From the NCBI RefSeq assembly GCF_963921235.1, contig NC_086109.1, forward strand, positions 30,010,001 to 30,074,000: 64,000 bases of DNA, in the 5' to 3' direction. The notes beneath the pieces were generated by a model. The model saw nothing but the letters and a program-made list of their open reading frames with translations. It searched no databases and was not told the DNA's origin. Origin of the DNA: Mobula hypostoma. Lineage: Eukaryota. How positions within the stretch are numbered: position 1 is the first letter of the stretch; every line of letters starts with the position of its first letter. Shown piece by piece: positions 25,863-38,500 of this stretch. A program made the position numbers and the translations under genes.

Positions 25863-26083
25863 GTACATCAAATTTGCTGGTGAACGCAGCAGGCCAGGCA
25901 GCATCTCTAGGAAGAGGTACAGTCGACGTTTCGGGCTGAGACCCTTCATCAGGACTTGAAAAGTCTCGGCCCGAAACGTCGACTGTACCTCTTCCTAGAG
26001 ATGCTGCCTGGCCTGCTGCATTCGCCAGCAATTTTGATGTGTGTTGCCTGAATTTCCAGCATCTGTAGAATTCCTCGTGTTTA
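25863..26083. mobile_element. Young 221-bp Penelope-derived palindromic insertion with 12-bp TSD
   Basis: Arms 25865-25948 and 25957-26040 are near-perfect inverted repeats. Exact TSD agctggagtatc at 25851-25862 and 26084-26095. Confidence 0.9.
25921..25956 (-). ncRNA. Minimal type I hammerhead ribozyme motif
   Basis: Minus strand reads AGUC-CUGAUGA-A-GGGUCUCAGCCC-GAAA-CG-UC-GACU: stem I AGUC/GACU, intact core, stem II GGG/CCC, palindromic stem III ACGU, GUC cleavage triplet. Activity not shown. Confidence 0.75.
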
Positions 26084-26239
26084 AGCTGGAGTATCTTGTT
26101 GGGAAGTGCATGTTCATGCACTTTGCCAGAAGGAATTTGGGAAGCACTTTGGGAAGTGAAGTATGTGCAGTGAAAATTAGGGAAGTGAAGTAGGTGCAGT
26201 GAAAATTACAACTGAGAAGGTGGTCAGGAAGCTTAGTGG

Positions 26240-27775
26240 TCTGAGGGTGGATTAATCTCCTGGACTTGATGGAATGCACCCTCGAGTTCTGAAGGAAGTG
26301 GCTGGAGGGTGCAGAGGCATGAACAATAATCTTTCAAGAATTGATACATTGTACCAGATGACTGGAAAATTGCAAATGTTACTCCACTATTTAAGAAGGG
26401 TGGGAGGCAGCAGAAAGGAAACTATAGACCTGTTAGTCTGACATCAGTGGTTGGGAAGTTGTTGGAATCGGTTGTTAGGGATGACATTACGAAATACCTG
26501 GAGGCACATGACAAGATAGGCCAAAGCCAGCATGGTTTCTTGAAAGGAAAATCTGGCCTGATTAACCTCCTGCAGTTTTTTGAAGAAATTACAAGCAGCG
26601 TAGACAAAGGAGATGCAGTAGATACAGTGTACTTGGATTTTCAGAAGACCTTTGATAAGGTGCCGCACATGAGGCTGCTTAGCAAGATAAGAGCCCATGG
26701 AATTACAGGAGAGCTACTAGCATGGGTGGAGCATTGGCTGATCGGCAGAAAACAGGGAGTGGGATTAAAGTGATCCTACTCTGGCTGGCTGACGGTTACA
26801 AGTGGAGTTGCACAGGGGTCGGTGTTGGGACCGCTGCTTTTTACGATGTATGTCGATGATTTGGACTATGGGATTAATGGATTTGCGGCTAAATTTGCCA
26901 ATGATACAAAGGTGGGTGGAGGAGCGGGTAGTGTTGAGGAAACAGAGAGACTTAGATAGTTTAGGGGAATAGGTAAGGGGGTGGCAAATGAAATACAATG
27001 TTGGAAAGTGCATGGTCATGTACTTTGGTGGAAGAAATAAACAGGCAGGCTATTATTTAGATGGGGAGAGAATTCAAAATGTAGAAATGCAAAGGGACTT
27101 GGGAGTCCTTGTGCAGCATACCCTAAAGGTTAATGTCCAGGTTGAGTCGGCAGTGAAGCAGGCGAATGCAGTGTTGGCATTCATTTCTAGAGGTATAGAA
27201 TATAAAAGCAGGGATGTGATGTTGAGGCACTCCTGAAACCACACTTGAAGTATTGTGTGCAGTTTTGGGCTCCTTTAGAAAGGATATACTGACATTGGAG
27301 AGGGTTCAGAGATGATTCACAGGGTCACCGTATGAGGAATGTCTGGCAGCTCTTGGGCTGTATTCTCTGGAGTTCAGGAGAATGAGGGGATATCTCATAG
27401 AAACATTCCGAATGTTAAAAGGCCTAAACAGATTAGTTAGGGCAAAGTTATTTCCCATGCTAGGGGATTCTAGGACAAGAGGGCACAACTTCAGGATGGA
27501 AGGACGTCCATTTAGAACAGATATGTGGAGAAATTACTTTAGTTGGAAGGTGGTAAATCTGTGGAATTTGTTGCCATGAGCAGCTGTGGGGGCCAAGTCA
27601 TTGGGTGCATTTAAGGCAGAGACAGATTCTTGATTAGCCAGGGTATCAAAGGATACGGGGAGAACGCAGGGGAGTGTGGATGACTGGAAGAATTGGATCA
27701 GCCCATGATTGAATGGTGGAGCAGACTCGATAGGCCGAATGGCCTAATTCTGCTCTTTTATCTTATGGTCTTATA
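26240..27775 (+). mobile_element. 5'-truncated CR1 RT
   Basis: ORF 26447-26773 QHGFLKGKS...YLDFQKTFDKV; tail tcttatggtcttat. Confidence 0.88.
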
Positions 27776-28989
27776 GAATAAAGGCATGGAATATTTCGTA
27801 AATGAGAAAATTCCAAAATCAAGATGCAGTGGACTTGGGAGTCCCTAGAGGTTAATTTCCCATTTGAGTCAGTGGTAAGGAAGCCAAATGCAGTGTTAGC
27901 ATTCATTTTGAGAGGACTAGAATCCAAAAGCAAGGATGTAATGCTGAGGTTTTATAAAGTCAGACTGCACTTAAAGTGTTGTAAGCAGTTTTGGGCCCTT
28001 TATCTAAGAAAGAATGTTCTGGCATTGGAGAGAACCCAGAGGTATTTCATGGGAATGATCTCAGGAATGAAAGGGTTAACACGGGAGAGTTTGATGACTG
28101 TGAGCCTGTACTCGCTGGAGTTCAGAGGAATGATGGGTGGGGGGGGGGTAGGGATCTTATTGAAACTCATTAGATATTGACAGTTCAGGATAGAGTGGAC
28201 ATGGAAAGGATGCTTCCTGTGATGGGGGACTGTTGGACCAGAGGGCGCAGGCTCAGAATTGAAAGATATCCATTTAGAGCAGAGGAAAAGTTTCTTTAGC
28301 CAGAGTGTTGTGAATGTATGGAGTTCTCTGCCACAGATGGCTGTGCAGGCTAAGTCATTGGGTATATTTAAAGCGGAGGTTAATACGTTTCAAGTTGTCA
28401 AAGGTTACAGGGAGAAGGCAGGTGGAGAGGGAGTATGCTCTTCTTTGATCTCTTTGTTTCAGTACAACAATTGGTTCATTAAGTTTTAATTTCCTATTTT
28501 TGTCTGTAATATTATTACTAACAAAAATCGTATTTTATCATACAATTAGCCGCTACTATTTTATTTGCCATATGCATTTGTGTTTGTAATGTGTCACTGG
28601 AAATCTTTGTCTGAGAGTTGCCTCAGTGTTGAACCGTCAAACAGTGAGGACCCTCACCATCCAAGGTGTATGCCTACTTGTTAGAATAGTCATGGAGGAG
28701 CTATCAGAGCCAAAAAGCTATACTCAATGATTTGGAGTCAGCTTCTTCCCCTCCACTGTAAGATTTCTGAATTTTCCATGAACCCATGAAAACTGCCTCA
28801 TTATTCCTCTTCTAGAACTTTTTAATCTTTTGCATTGTTCTTTTTTTGTCTTTGCTCTGCACTGCTGCCGCAAAACTGATTTTCTTTTGTGTTATGTTAG
28901 AGTTAGTAAATTTGATTCTGACTGAAGGCAATTATTTCAATTGTTTCAATATTTACTTCAAAGAAGTTCATGTTCACCAGTCCCTAGAC

Positions 28990-29069
28990 CACAGGTGCTG
29001 AACCTGGGGTCGATGGACCCCTCAAATAATGGTAAGGCTCCATGGCATAAAAGTGGTTGGGAACTCCTG
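28990..29069. mobile_element. 80-bp hAT MITE
   Basis: Exact 8-bp TSD ccctagac (28982-28989, 29070-29077); degenerate TIRs cacaggtgctgaacc / ggttgggaactcctg. Confidence 0.75.
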
Positions 29070-29189
29070 CCCTAGACAAACAGGGTGACAAATCAAAGAC
29101 ATTTGAGGAACCAAGAGAGGTATAGATGTGTTAGCCGCATTATTTCTGGATCAGGTTGCATGCAGATGAAATTTGAGCATGATGTCATC

Positions 29190-29880
29190 CTTGTATCAAA
29201 GTACATGTATGTCAGCGTGTACAACCCTGAGACATATTTTCTTGCAAGCATTCACAGTAAATGCAAAGAAACTAAAAAAGCATAAATAGCAAGAACATGA
29301 AATGAAGAGTCCTTGAAAGTGAGTGCATAGACTGTGGGAACAGTTCAGTGTTGAGGTTAATGAAGTTATTCCCTCTGGTTCAAGAGCCTGATGGTTGAGG
29401 GGTAATAACTGATCCTGAACCTGGTGGTGGATCTGAGGCTCCTGTACTACCTCCCTGATGGCAGCAGTGAGAAGAGAGCATGGTGGGAGTCCTTGATGAT
29501 AGATGCTGCTTTCCTGCAACAGTTTTCAAATTAGATGTGATTAATGTTGGGGAGGGCATTACTCGTGATGGACTGGGCTCTATCCACTACTGTTTGTAGG
29601 CTTTTCCATTCAAGTGCATTGGTGTTTCTATACAAGGTTATGATGCAACCAATCAATATACTCTTCACCACAGATCTATAGAAGTGTGCCAAAGATTTAG
29701 ATGTCATGCAATCTTCGCAAACTTTTCAGAAGGTAGAGATGCTGCCATGCCTTCTTTGTAATGGCACTTGTGTGCAGGATCCGGGATGGGTCCTCTGATA
29801 TGATAACACTGAGGAATTTAAAGTTGCTGATCCTTTCCACCTTTGATTTCCTGATGAGGACTGGCTCATGTATTCCTCTT
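29190..29880 (-). mobile_element. Decayed Rex1/Babar-like LINE 3' end
   Basis: Reverse complement resembles the 25178-25611 and 50600-51055 3' ends. Confidence 0.65.
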
Positions 29881-30559
29881 CCTGTAGCGTTTGTAATGCA
29901 TCAGCAGTTACATCTATCTGTGACCAAGTAGCTAAGCAGTAACCAGACTGATTCCAGTTTTATTGCTTTATATATTAACAACACATTGTATGTTGACTAA
30001 CTCTAAACAAAAGATTTTCATCTAAAATGGATCTAGCAGGTATTTCTTTTGGTAATAGCAGTGCTTTTTCTTTTCCATTTCCTTATACTTTTGAGATTAA
30101 ATGTGCACTAGTTCTTGGAATTTTAACAGAATATTTCAGTTGTAAAGGGAAAAGGTAGGATTACCGTGAAGATGCTGTCATAATTCCTTGGTCATTCTGT
30201 GGCAGCTATGTGAACTTCAAAGTTAAAACGTGATGATTATACCAAACGTATAAGTACATGGATGCACAGGTGCGATGCAAAATGCACTTGCAGCAGCATC
30301 ATAGTCGCACTCCATCACATACAGTAAGCAGCATTAAGAAGATAAATGTAAATTAAGCGCAAAATACACAGTAAATTTTACAAGAAAGAACATAATTAGA
30401 TCAAAAAAAGTCCACTGTAATTCATGATTTAACATTGTTTAATGTCATTTCCTGTACCCCAGTGTAAAGGAGAAAGAAATAATTGTTACTCCAGATCTGA
30501 TCAACACAGGAAAAAAAAGGCAATAGATAAAGAACACAATATTAAAAAAAACCGTGCAA

Positions 30560-31740
30560 GATGGCACTGGTGAACCACATCAGCATGTTGTAGGCAGTTT
30601 AGAAAACTTCTATTTTGACTTCTGAGCTACTCTGACTGTAACCTGCAACCTGTGATTTCCCTGTAAGTAACATACTTTTGAACTGTCTTAACTAGCGATC
30701 TCATAACCTTCTGAAGGACTTGGTGGATTTAGTTCTCAAGCATGCAGGTATGATACTTTTAAGCAAATGAAGGTACATTGCCACGTCCAAAAGAGAGGGA
30801 GGAGTGGACAACTCCAAGCCAGACTGAAATGCTGGGGAATGAAACTTTCTCTGTCTAGCATCTTGTTAGCAAACGTGCAGTTGCTGGAGAAAAAGATTGA
30901 GGACCAAAGGGCAAGACTGCTGTATCGGAGGAATGAGGAATTTTTGTGTTCTGTTTCACAGAGATGTGGCTCACTCTAGATATGCCAATCACACTGATAA
31001 GACCTGAGGGCTTCTCAATACACTGGATGGACAAGACTGTTGATTTGGAGAAAGCAAAAGTTGGGGGGTCTGTCTTTTATGATAAACCCTGTAGTACCCG
31101 GATGCAGCAGTCTTGTTGCATTCTTGTACCCCTGACCTGGGACATCTAATGACTAGGTTCTGACCATTCTGCTTATCATTCTGCCTATCATTCTGCCAAA
31201 GGCTGATGTTAAGCAGGCATTTGAGGTATTAGGAGTGCCGATCAGCAAATGAGAAACAGCATAGCCTGAGGCCTTTCAAATTATTGTCAGGGGCTTCAAT
31301 CAGGCTTGCTTGCCACATTATTATCAAAATATCACCAAAATATCATAATGGGTCCCAACACACTCAACCACTGTTATACCATGATTAGGAATGCTTATAG
31401 TTCTCGATCTGGACTGCATTTTGAGTAATCTGATGACTTAGCTGACCTCCTCCTACCTGCATACAGGCAGAGGCTAAGGAACAAGGTTCCAGAGACAACA
31501 AAGTGATGGTCTTGGGAGGCAGAGGAGTGACTGCAGGATTGCTTCAAGTCGGTGGACTGGGCCGAGTTTAAGGAGTCAGAGGATCTGAACAAATACACCT
31601 TAGTTGTCAGAGTTTATAAAAACAGTCGTAGACAAGTGTGCCACACAAAATCATTCAGTCTTCCCTAACAAGAAGGCCTGGATGAACCTGAGATCCGTAA
31701 TGCTGAGGAAAGATCAGTGGCATTCAGGTCTGGCGAATGA
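30560..31740 (+). mobile_element. Decayed Rex1/Babar-like LINE 5'/endonuclease region
   Basis: SSILLANVQLLEKKIEDQRARLLY and CFTEMWLT (APE-type endonuclease motifs); NKKAWMN. Confidence 0.65.
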
Positions 31741-32503
31741 GAACTTTGGTCACAATAAATATAAATATATAAGATGCCTTGTATACATTGATTGTAAGTT
31801 CATTGTGTTGCTCAGCACAGGAGTGTTTGTATGTAAGGTGCCTGATAGGAAATTATTATATATTGGTTGTGGGGTGTGTGCATAGTTGGATTAATGGGTG
31901 GAGGCATTGATCAGCCTTGCTGCTTGGGAAAGTAACTGTTTTTGTGTCTGGTGGTCCTGGTGTGGATGTGGTGTCACCTTCTCTTAGAAGGGAGTGAGAC
32001 AAACAGTCCATGCGCAAGGTGGGTGGGATCCTTCATGATAATTGCCCTTTTCTGACACCTTTCTATATGTATATCCTTGATGGTAAGTTGACTAGTGCCT
32101 GTGATGTGTTAAGTAGTTTTGACTACTCGTAGAGCTTTCCTGTCTGTCGCAGCACGGTTACCGTACCATACAGTGACACAGCATGTAAGGATGCTCTCTA
32201 CTGCACATCGGTTGAAAGACATATGTAAAATTACATAGTCCAGCTTTCTTCAGCCTCAGAAAGTAGAGGCATTGGTGCGTTTTCCTCATTGTGTGGAATA
32301 TTTTCTTGGGCCATAAGAAATTGTGCGAGATGTGTACTCCCAAGAATTTGAAACTGCTCAGTTTCCACGGCTGTGCCACTGATGTAAAGAAGGGTGTGAG
32401 TTCTTCTGAAGTCGATAACCATATCCTTTGTCTTGTTGACATTGAGGAAGAGGTTATTTGCCGGACACCAGGCCTCGAGCTCTTCTACCTCCTCTCTGTT
32501 GGG

Positions 32504-32641
32504 CAGGGTTCCCCAATTAGTTTTCCACAAGGGCCAAATTATATCAAGCATGCCAAGCCAAGGGCCAAAACGTCCAGGGTTTTTTTTCCATTGAGCCAAT
32601 AAGTTGTTTTATGGACAGAGGTTGTTGCTGCTATTACATAT

Positions 32642-32693
<52 letters not shown>

Positions 32694-33936
32694 CCCCCTT
32701 CCCCTCCCCCCCCTTTCTCCCTCTCCCTCCCCTTCTCTTCCACACACAGAGTTTTGGTAGTACTGCCTTTTCCACTGTGTTTCTGTTCTCTCATTTAATC
32801 TATTTGTTCTTTTCAATTAAGCTATGTAGCATTTGAAGTATGAAATGTAGCTATAAATGAAATTATCAGTATTATTGTTGTTGTAATATTATTATACCAC
32901 AATAAGATTGACAAATGAACAAAAATAAATTGATTCACTCACCAATCAGTGAGAGAAGTGACAACGATGAGATGAGGCAACCCTTCTGATGTCGGGCCTG
33001 TATTCTTTTGTGGCAATCCTGGGGCACTGGCCAAGATGTGCATTGGAGAGTCTGTTTCTGTCCTGGTTTTGATAGAGTTCATTGAGGAAAACGATGACTC
33101 ACATATGTACGTGGAAGGGAACAGTGTGAGTAGGAGCATTGCAATAGCTCTTGTGTTTTTGAATTGAGCTTGGGGATCCACGTTGATCCAAAAGTCACTC
33201 ACCCCAACGTCCTTGTGTTGTGCTTTGAGCAGATCAGATGTTCCCATTTCCAAGACCTCCTTCTGAAGAGTTGCCTCATCTGTGGAAGGCTCCAGCCTTT
33301 TGGCTTCTGCAGTCCACTGGCTGTCAGCCGAAACAGAGAACGGCTGTCTCAGGAAGAGGAGGATGTCACCTGAGAGTTGAAGGGAGCTTTCAAATCGTTC
33401 TCTGAAGTTCTCTGCCGGGCTCGTCATGAAATCCTTCATCACTGGATCCTCCCGCATTTTGTTCTTCTCGCAATGCTCCCGCAGACATGGAAAGTGCAAC
33501 TTTCTCCCGTGAATGTCTCTCTCCAAAAGGTTCAGCTTTGACCGGAAAACTTCAGTCGCCTCATACATGTCCGCAACAGTGTGGTTGTTACCTTGTAATT
33601 ACAGATTAAGTTGATTTAGATGAGACATGATGCCACACAAAAAAAGAACATGTGCCATCACCTTGTTGTCACTTAAAAACCTCTTAAATCCTTGGGCTTT
33701 TTGGCTCTGCAGTCTGGATAAAAATGACACAAGCTCATAGCGCAGATTGCATACCCTCTCCAACACACGGCCTTTGCTCAGCCAGCGAACATCATTATAA
33801 AATAAGTTAGAGCAGCGTGCTTTATTTACATGTTATGACAGGTGCATTCACGTAAGTGCCAGTGGGTCGGCGCAGTCCAGACATTTGGTTCTCGTGGTCT
33901 GGACCTGGCCCGCGGTCGGCCTATTGGGGTTGTCTG
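32504..33936 (-). mobile_element. Internally deleted hAT transposon (Charlie/SPIN/GTF2IRD2-like transposase C-terminal half)
   Basis: TIRs cagggttccccaat / attggggttgtctg; TSD ctgttggg / ccgtaggg. Minus-strand NDVRWLSKGRVLERV (~33750-33796) and ORF 32939-33568 ending LFPSTYICESSFSSMNSIK (hAT dimerisation motif). Confidence 0.9.
32636..32690. repeat. (TACA)n(CA)n microsatellite
   Basis: Directly visible. Confidence 0.95.
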
Positions 33937-34617
33937 CCGTAGGGCATCTTATTGTTTTCGCCGATGAACCCCACCACTGTGAGTGTCATCAGGGAATTTG
34001 ACAATATGATTACTTTGGTGTTTGGCCGTGCAGTCATGTGTGAGCAGAATTTACAGCAAAGGACTCAGCACACAGCCTTGGGGGCACCTGTGTTGCTTAG
34101 CATGTTAGGGAGGGAGGGTCACTGGTACAGTCGATACTGTTTTTCTTTGCATAGTCAGTAATATCCTTGATGCCCAGCCACATGCACCATGATTCTTTAC
34201 CGGTTAGGTGTTCCTAAATTTTTTTGCACGTAGGTTTTCTTTGCCTTTTTGATGCCTATGATTGTTTTCTTTTTGTTGCTCTGAGAGCTGTTCTGTCACT
34301 AGACTTGAAGGCAGTATACTGGACTTTTGGTAGAGAGTGCAGCTCTGCGTTCAGCCAGATCTTCTGGTTGCACTGTGAGGTGACAGTGCTTTAGGTACCA
34401 GTGTCATCTACAGGTTTAGTGCAAAATGATCAAGGTGGTTATCGTGTTGCTAAATTGTATGACTAGGATTTTTCTAGTTGGTTCAAGACTAAATAGTTAA
34501 TGTGAAGTAGCTTCAAAATCAGGGTTATTATCATTGTCTTAAATGGCAATAACCATTAAAAAAAATTTTTTTTGTTTTGTCAACAGCAATACAGTGCTAT
34601 AAAATACTATATAGTAC

Positions 34618-35502
34618 TGTTACGTAACCGGGAATAATGAATATCAATCGAGACAGGTTATATAAAAAACAACCAAATATTTATTAAACACGGATAAACA
34701 GTAAAAAAAAAAAAACGAAAACCTTAACCGAAAGTTAACCGCTATGCAGCCGTTCAACAAGTCGTCATTCGACACTGGTTCTTAAAGCATTAAATGCGAA
34801 AACAGTTCTTAAAGCGGTAAAGTCAGATATAGTTCTTAAAATGGTAAATTCGAAAATCCAACAGATTTATATGTTCAATTGGGAGAGGCTTCTCTGGAGA
34901 AGGATTTCTTCATAGACGCGACTTTCCTGTTGGTCCTGTCCAAAGGATTCATGATGCAGGAAATAAACAGTTTAAAACAACTGATCTTAAATTCTAGAGA
35001 GCACCTTGCATGAACTCTTTGCTCTTTTGGCAGGAGTTATCTGCAATGCAGGTCACTACTCCTTCAACAAAGACTCAATAAGGTCGATCCTTTGTTAAAC
35101 TGCCAAACGATACCGACTCCTCTCAATCCTTTGAGTCCTCTACTTCAATAAAGTCTTCACTCTCCCGTACTACTGCTGGAATAAGGTACATCAACACACC
35201 TAGCAAAAATTTCCAGTCCTGCACTATTGTACCTTGCAACAGAACGTAACACTCTGTTTTAAAATTGAAACTGCGTCATAAAAACAAATACGCAACAGAA
35301 GAGGAGACACAGATGCACGTTCTAGCTGGAAAACTAAAAACTAAAAATTAACTGCGTCATCTGAGGTCTTCCCTTATATACCCATGGTACACATGTCATT
35401 ATGTGACCTCACATCGGTGGGAAAATTACATCAGGTGACCTCCAAAAGACCATTACATCATTCTCACAAAAAAAATCACAGATCTCCTTGAGGTATGTAA
35501 CA
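34618..35502 (-). mobile_element. Solo LTR (885 bp), probably Gypsy-type
   Basis: Ends tgttacgta...tatgtaaca; 4-bp flanks gtac/atac; minus-strand TATATAA at 35374-35380 and AATAAA at 34680-34685. Interrupts a decayed LINE tail. Confidence 0.75.
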
Positions 35503-38500
35503 ATACAATACAATTAGTACAAAAAATACTGAGGTACTGTTCATGGACCATTCAGAAATCTAGTGGAGGGGAAGGAACTGTTTTTGAATCATTAAATGTG
35601 GTTCTTCAGGCTTCTCTACCTCCACTTCAGTGGTGGTAATGTGAAGGTGGCATGTTGCTGATGGTAAGGGTATTTAGTAATGGATTTTGCCTCCTTAAGG
35701 CACTGTTTGTTGAAGTTGTCCTCAATAATGAAAGTGTTTTGCTTGTGATGAAGTTACCTCACTGTTTACTCTCTACAGCTGTGAAAAGATGGCAGGGCTA
35801 GGATGGTGGGTATCGTTGAAGATGGATGTTGCTGTATAAGGCAGCACATCCTTTACATACTACCAGTGGTAATATCTACATTAAACTGTGACTGAATCAT
35901 ACTTGGAATTTCAATGCAGCAGTTCTTAGGTAAAGCTACATTTTTCATACAGTGAAATGCATCAGCCAAGTGTATACATAAAAACCATACAAAAAGAATA
36001 AAATGTAATATATCATATTTACCTTTAATGTTTTTGTGATTGAAGATGGATGTCGGTCAGGAAGAATCCCTCTAGCTTTATGTACACTGTCTTGGGACTC
36101 CAAGACACTATTAAAGCTTTTTGAAATTGCAGAAGTTCATTGAGTTAAGTGTTGAAGTTTCATATGTGGGACTTGGAGCAGCAGAGTGATAATGAGATTT
36201 ACAGCCTGAAATAAGCAGTCTGCTTTATCAGCTGAGTACCTGGCTGTTTAAAATCCACTCCAATCTGTTGACAGATGAAAATGCTTATGTAGTTGCATAT
36301 ATCTAGTGATAAAAGTGCAAGTAATCTTACCAAGCAGTGCATTACTGAGTTGGAGAGTAGGACTGTTGCTGTAGATTTTTCTGTTTTTTTAATACATTTC
36401 AAATATATGTAAAGTTTTGCTTTTGAATGAATTTCCTTATTTTTAGGTGTAATTTTTAAAATATAACATTTCTTTCTCACACGTTCTAGCTTTTTCTCTT
36501 TTATAGTCTTTCTATCCCTTCAGTGTGGAAGTATTTGACTTTTTGCATAAATCTACGTCAGTACATTCTCTAACTTGAATATTAGAGCATAGCCATGATT
36601 GAAGTTCTTAAAATCTATTCAGTTTGTACAAGCATTCAGAAGAAAGCATAGGGTTATCTACTGTTTCTATCAAATTAGCTGATTACAATTGCAGAGGAAC
36701 AGGTCTGTTTCTGTCACTCTTTGTGACTGGTTAAGAGTAAGGACAACTTGCTTGGGTACGTCTCTTTTTTATTGCTGGCCAGCAGTCACTGTTGGAAATG
36801 CGTGCTTGGATTTCAGTTGAGTGCTTTGATGTAATATGACTTGTGCTCATATAACTTATTAGTCTTTGCTCTTTTTGCTTCACATTTAAAGTATTAGAAC
36901 TTTGGTGATCCACAAATAGTCTGTGGTGTCGTAAGTACAGCACAATAGTACCACTGGGGAAAGGGGAAGACAAAAATTGGTAGATAAAGGGGAAAGATGA
37001 GATCTGAGCTGGCACATCCAGTTTTGGAACCTTGCTGCATTTTTTGTCTTCGAAAATTCTCCGATCATTGAAGAACTAATTAGAAAACTGAAGTGAAACT
37101 TATGACTGCAGAGTAGGTGTCAAGTATTATTCCTGAAAATATGATATTCATGAAATTCTGTTAAAATGGCTAAGCCTCAAAGTTCGTAGTCTCCCTGGGA
37201 ATGCTTTTCTTTTATCTTTCAAATGTAGAAAGGACTATTATGATGTTTTTAGCTGATTCTGATGGGTTTCCTTATCACTGAGCATTCTTTTTGAGCCATC
37301 AGTACATAAAATTTCAAAAGCAGTACACTCAGAGAAATGCAGAATATGGAGGCTTGGGCTATGTATGATACTCTTAAATGTGAAGTACTCAAGAAAGGTA
37401 CTTGCTTTTGAAGCAATAAAAAAAAATTGTGAAACAGAAGACCAGGAAATTAAAATTATGGTTGAGTGAGCTATGATGTGGAAAATGTGAAAGAATGGCA
37501 TTAAGTAAGAAAACTTGAATGAAAAAATAGACTGGAAAATAGCAAGACAGTTGAAAAAGTTGATTGAATTCTCCATGTAGGTGTTGAGAATGTGTTGAGT
37601 AAAGCTATCTTAAGTGAAGTGCCACTGTTAAGTAAACTGAAGGAATATAAGTTCATTAATTGCATAATGTGTTTTTTATGGTCAGTTCACATGGATAATA
37701 GCTTTTTCAAAAAGAAAGTGTAACTGCATATTCTGCTCTAGCACATCACTGTCCCCAGAAAGATGAATGCATGCACAAGTACCTATTTTATAGTAAGTCT
37801 CATGAAGAATATCTCTCCCATTTCGTTCTTTATTAATTTTGTAACACTAATATGAAAAATTAAGTTCATGTATGGAGGAATTTGCTTATTGCTTTTTTAT
37901 TTCTGTTTGTTTACTGGTTGACAGATTAGTTGTTAATGGTTCTATTAATTTTTGCTGTGCGCTAAATTATGATCTTTAAGTACATCTCTGAAGAAAATGT
38001 CACACTGCCTCTGGGGAAGACTTATGAAGTTGACACAAAGCCAGTAAGAATTGCATGTTTTATACAGCAACTAATCAGTGGACTAATACTGGACTCATTA
38101 CATCTCCTTTTCCATTTACACGCTCAGCATTCTGATAGAATAAAGTTATAATTGTGCCAAAATTGCTGTGAATGAAACTCCTATGAGTGTATAAAGTAGC
38201 TGGAAAACATAATTTCAGAATTGTGCATGAAGTTTGACACATTCTGTCCTGTTAGAACCTTGCATTGTGTTATTGAAGAACTTCTTGTTTTTGTGTGTTC
38301 AGCACATTAAGATCATTATATCAAAATTATCATATCAAGATTTAAATGGAAGATTTAATGTGTGTGGGTGTAACAAAATAAAACTAAAGCTATTAAAGGA
38401 GGTGAATTTTGAAAAGCTGGAGATATAAGCACTATTTTGCATTTTCTGAGATTTTTTTTCATAATCCTTGAAGTAATTTTTTTTTAGAAAAATGTAACAA

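Larger units (their letters stand above)
21780..28430 (+). mobile_element. Old + strand CR1 RT in three pieces (21780-22320, 25612-26135, 27775-28430) hosting nested inserts
   Basis: RT motifs continue collinearly: GLHPRFLKE, YLDFQKAFDKV, then SVLGALLF/RFADD, then KPNAVLAFILRG. Confidence 0.7.
31745..34115 (-). mobile_element. Rex1/Babar-like RT fragment (31745-32503, 33945-34115) split by a hAT element
   Basis: EVEELEAWCPANNLFLNVNKTKDMVIDFRR and SFKFLGVHIS; the TGAPQG region resumes beyond the hAT. Confidence 0.7.

Noticed and set aside
32539..32816. ORFs with CVCVCV/HTHTHT runs
   Set aside because: Translations of the (CA)n microsatellite.
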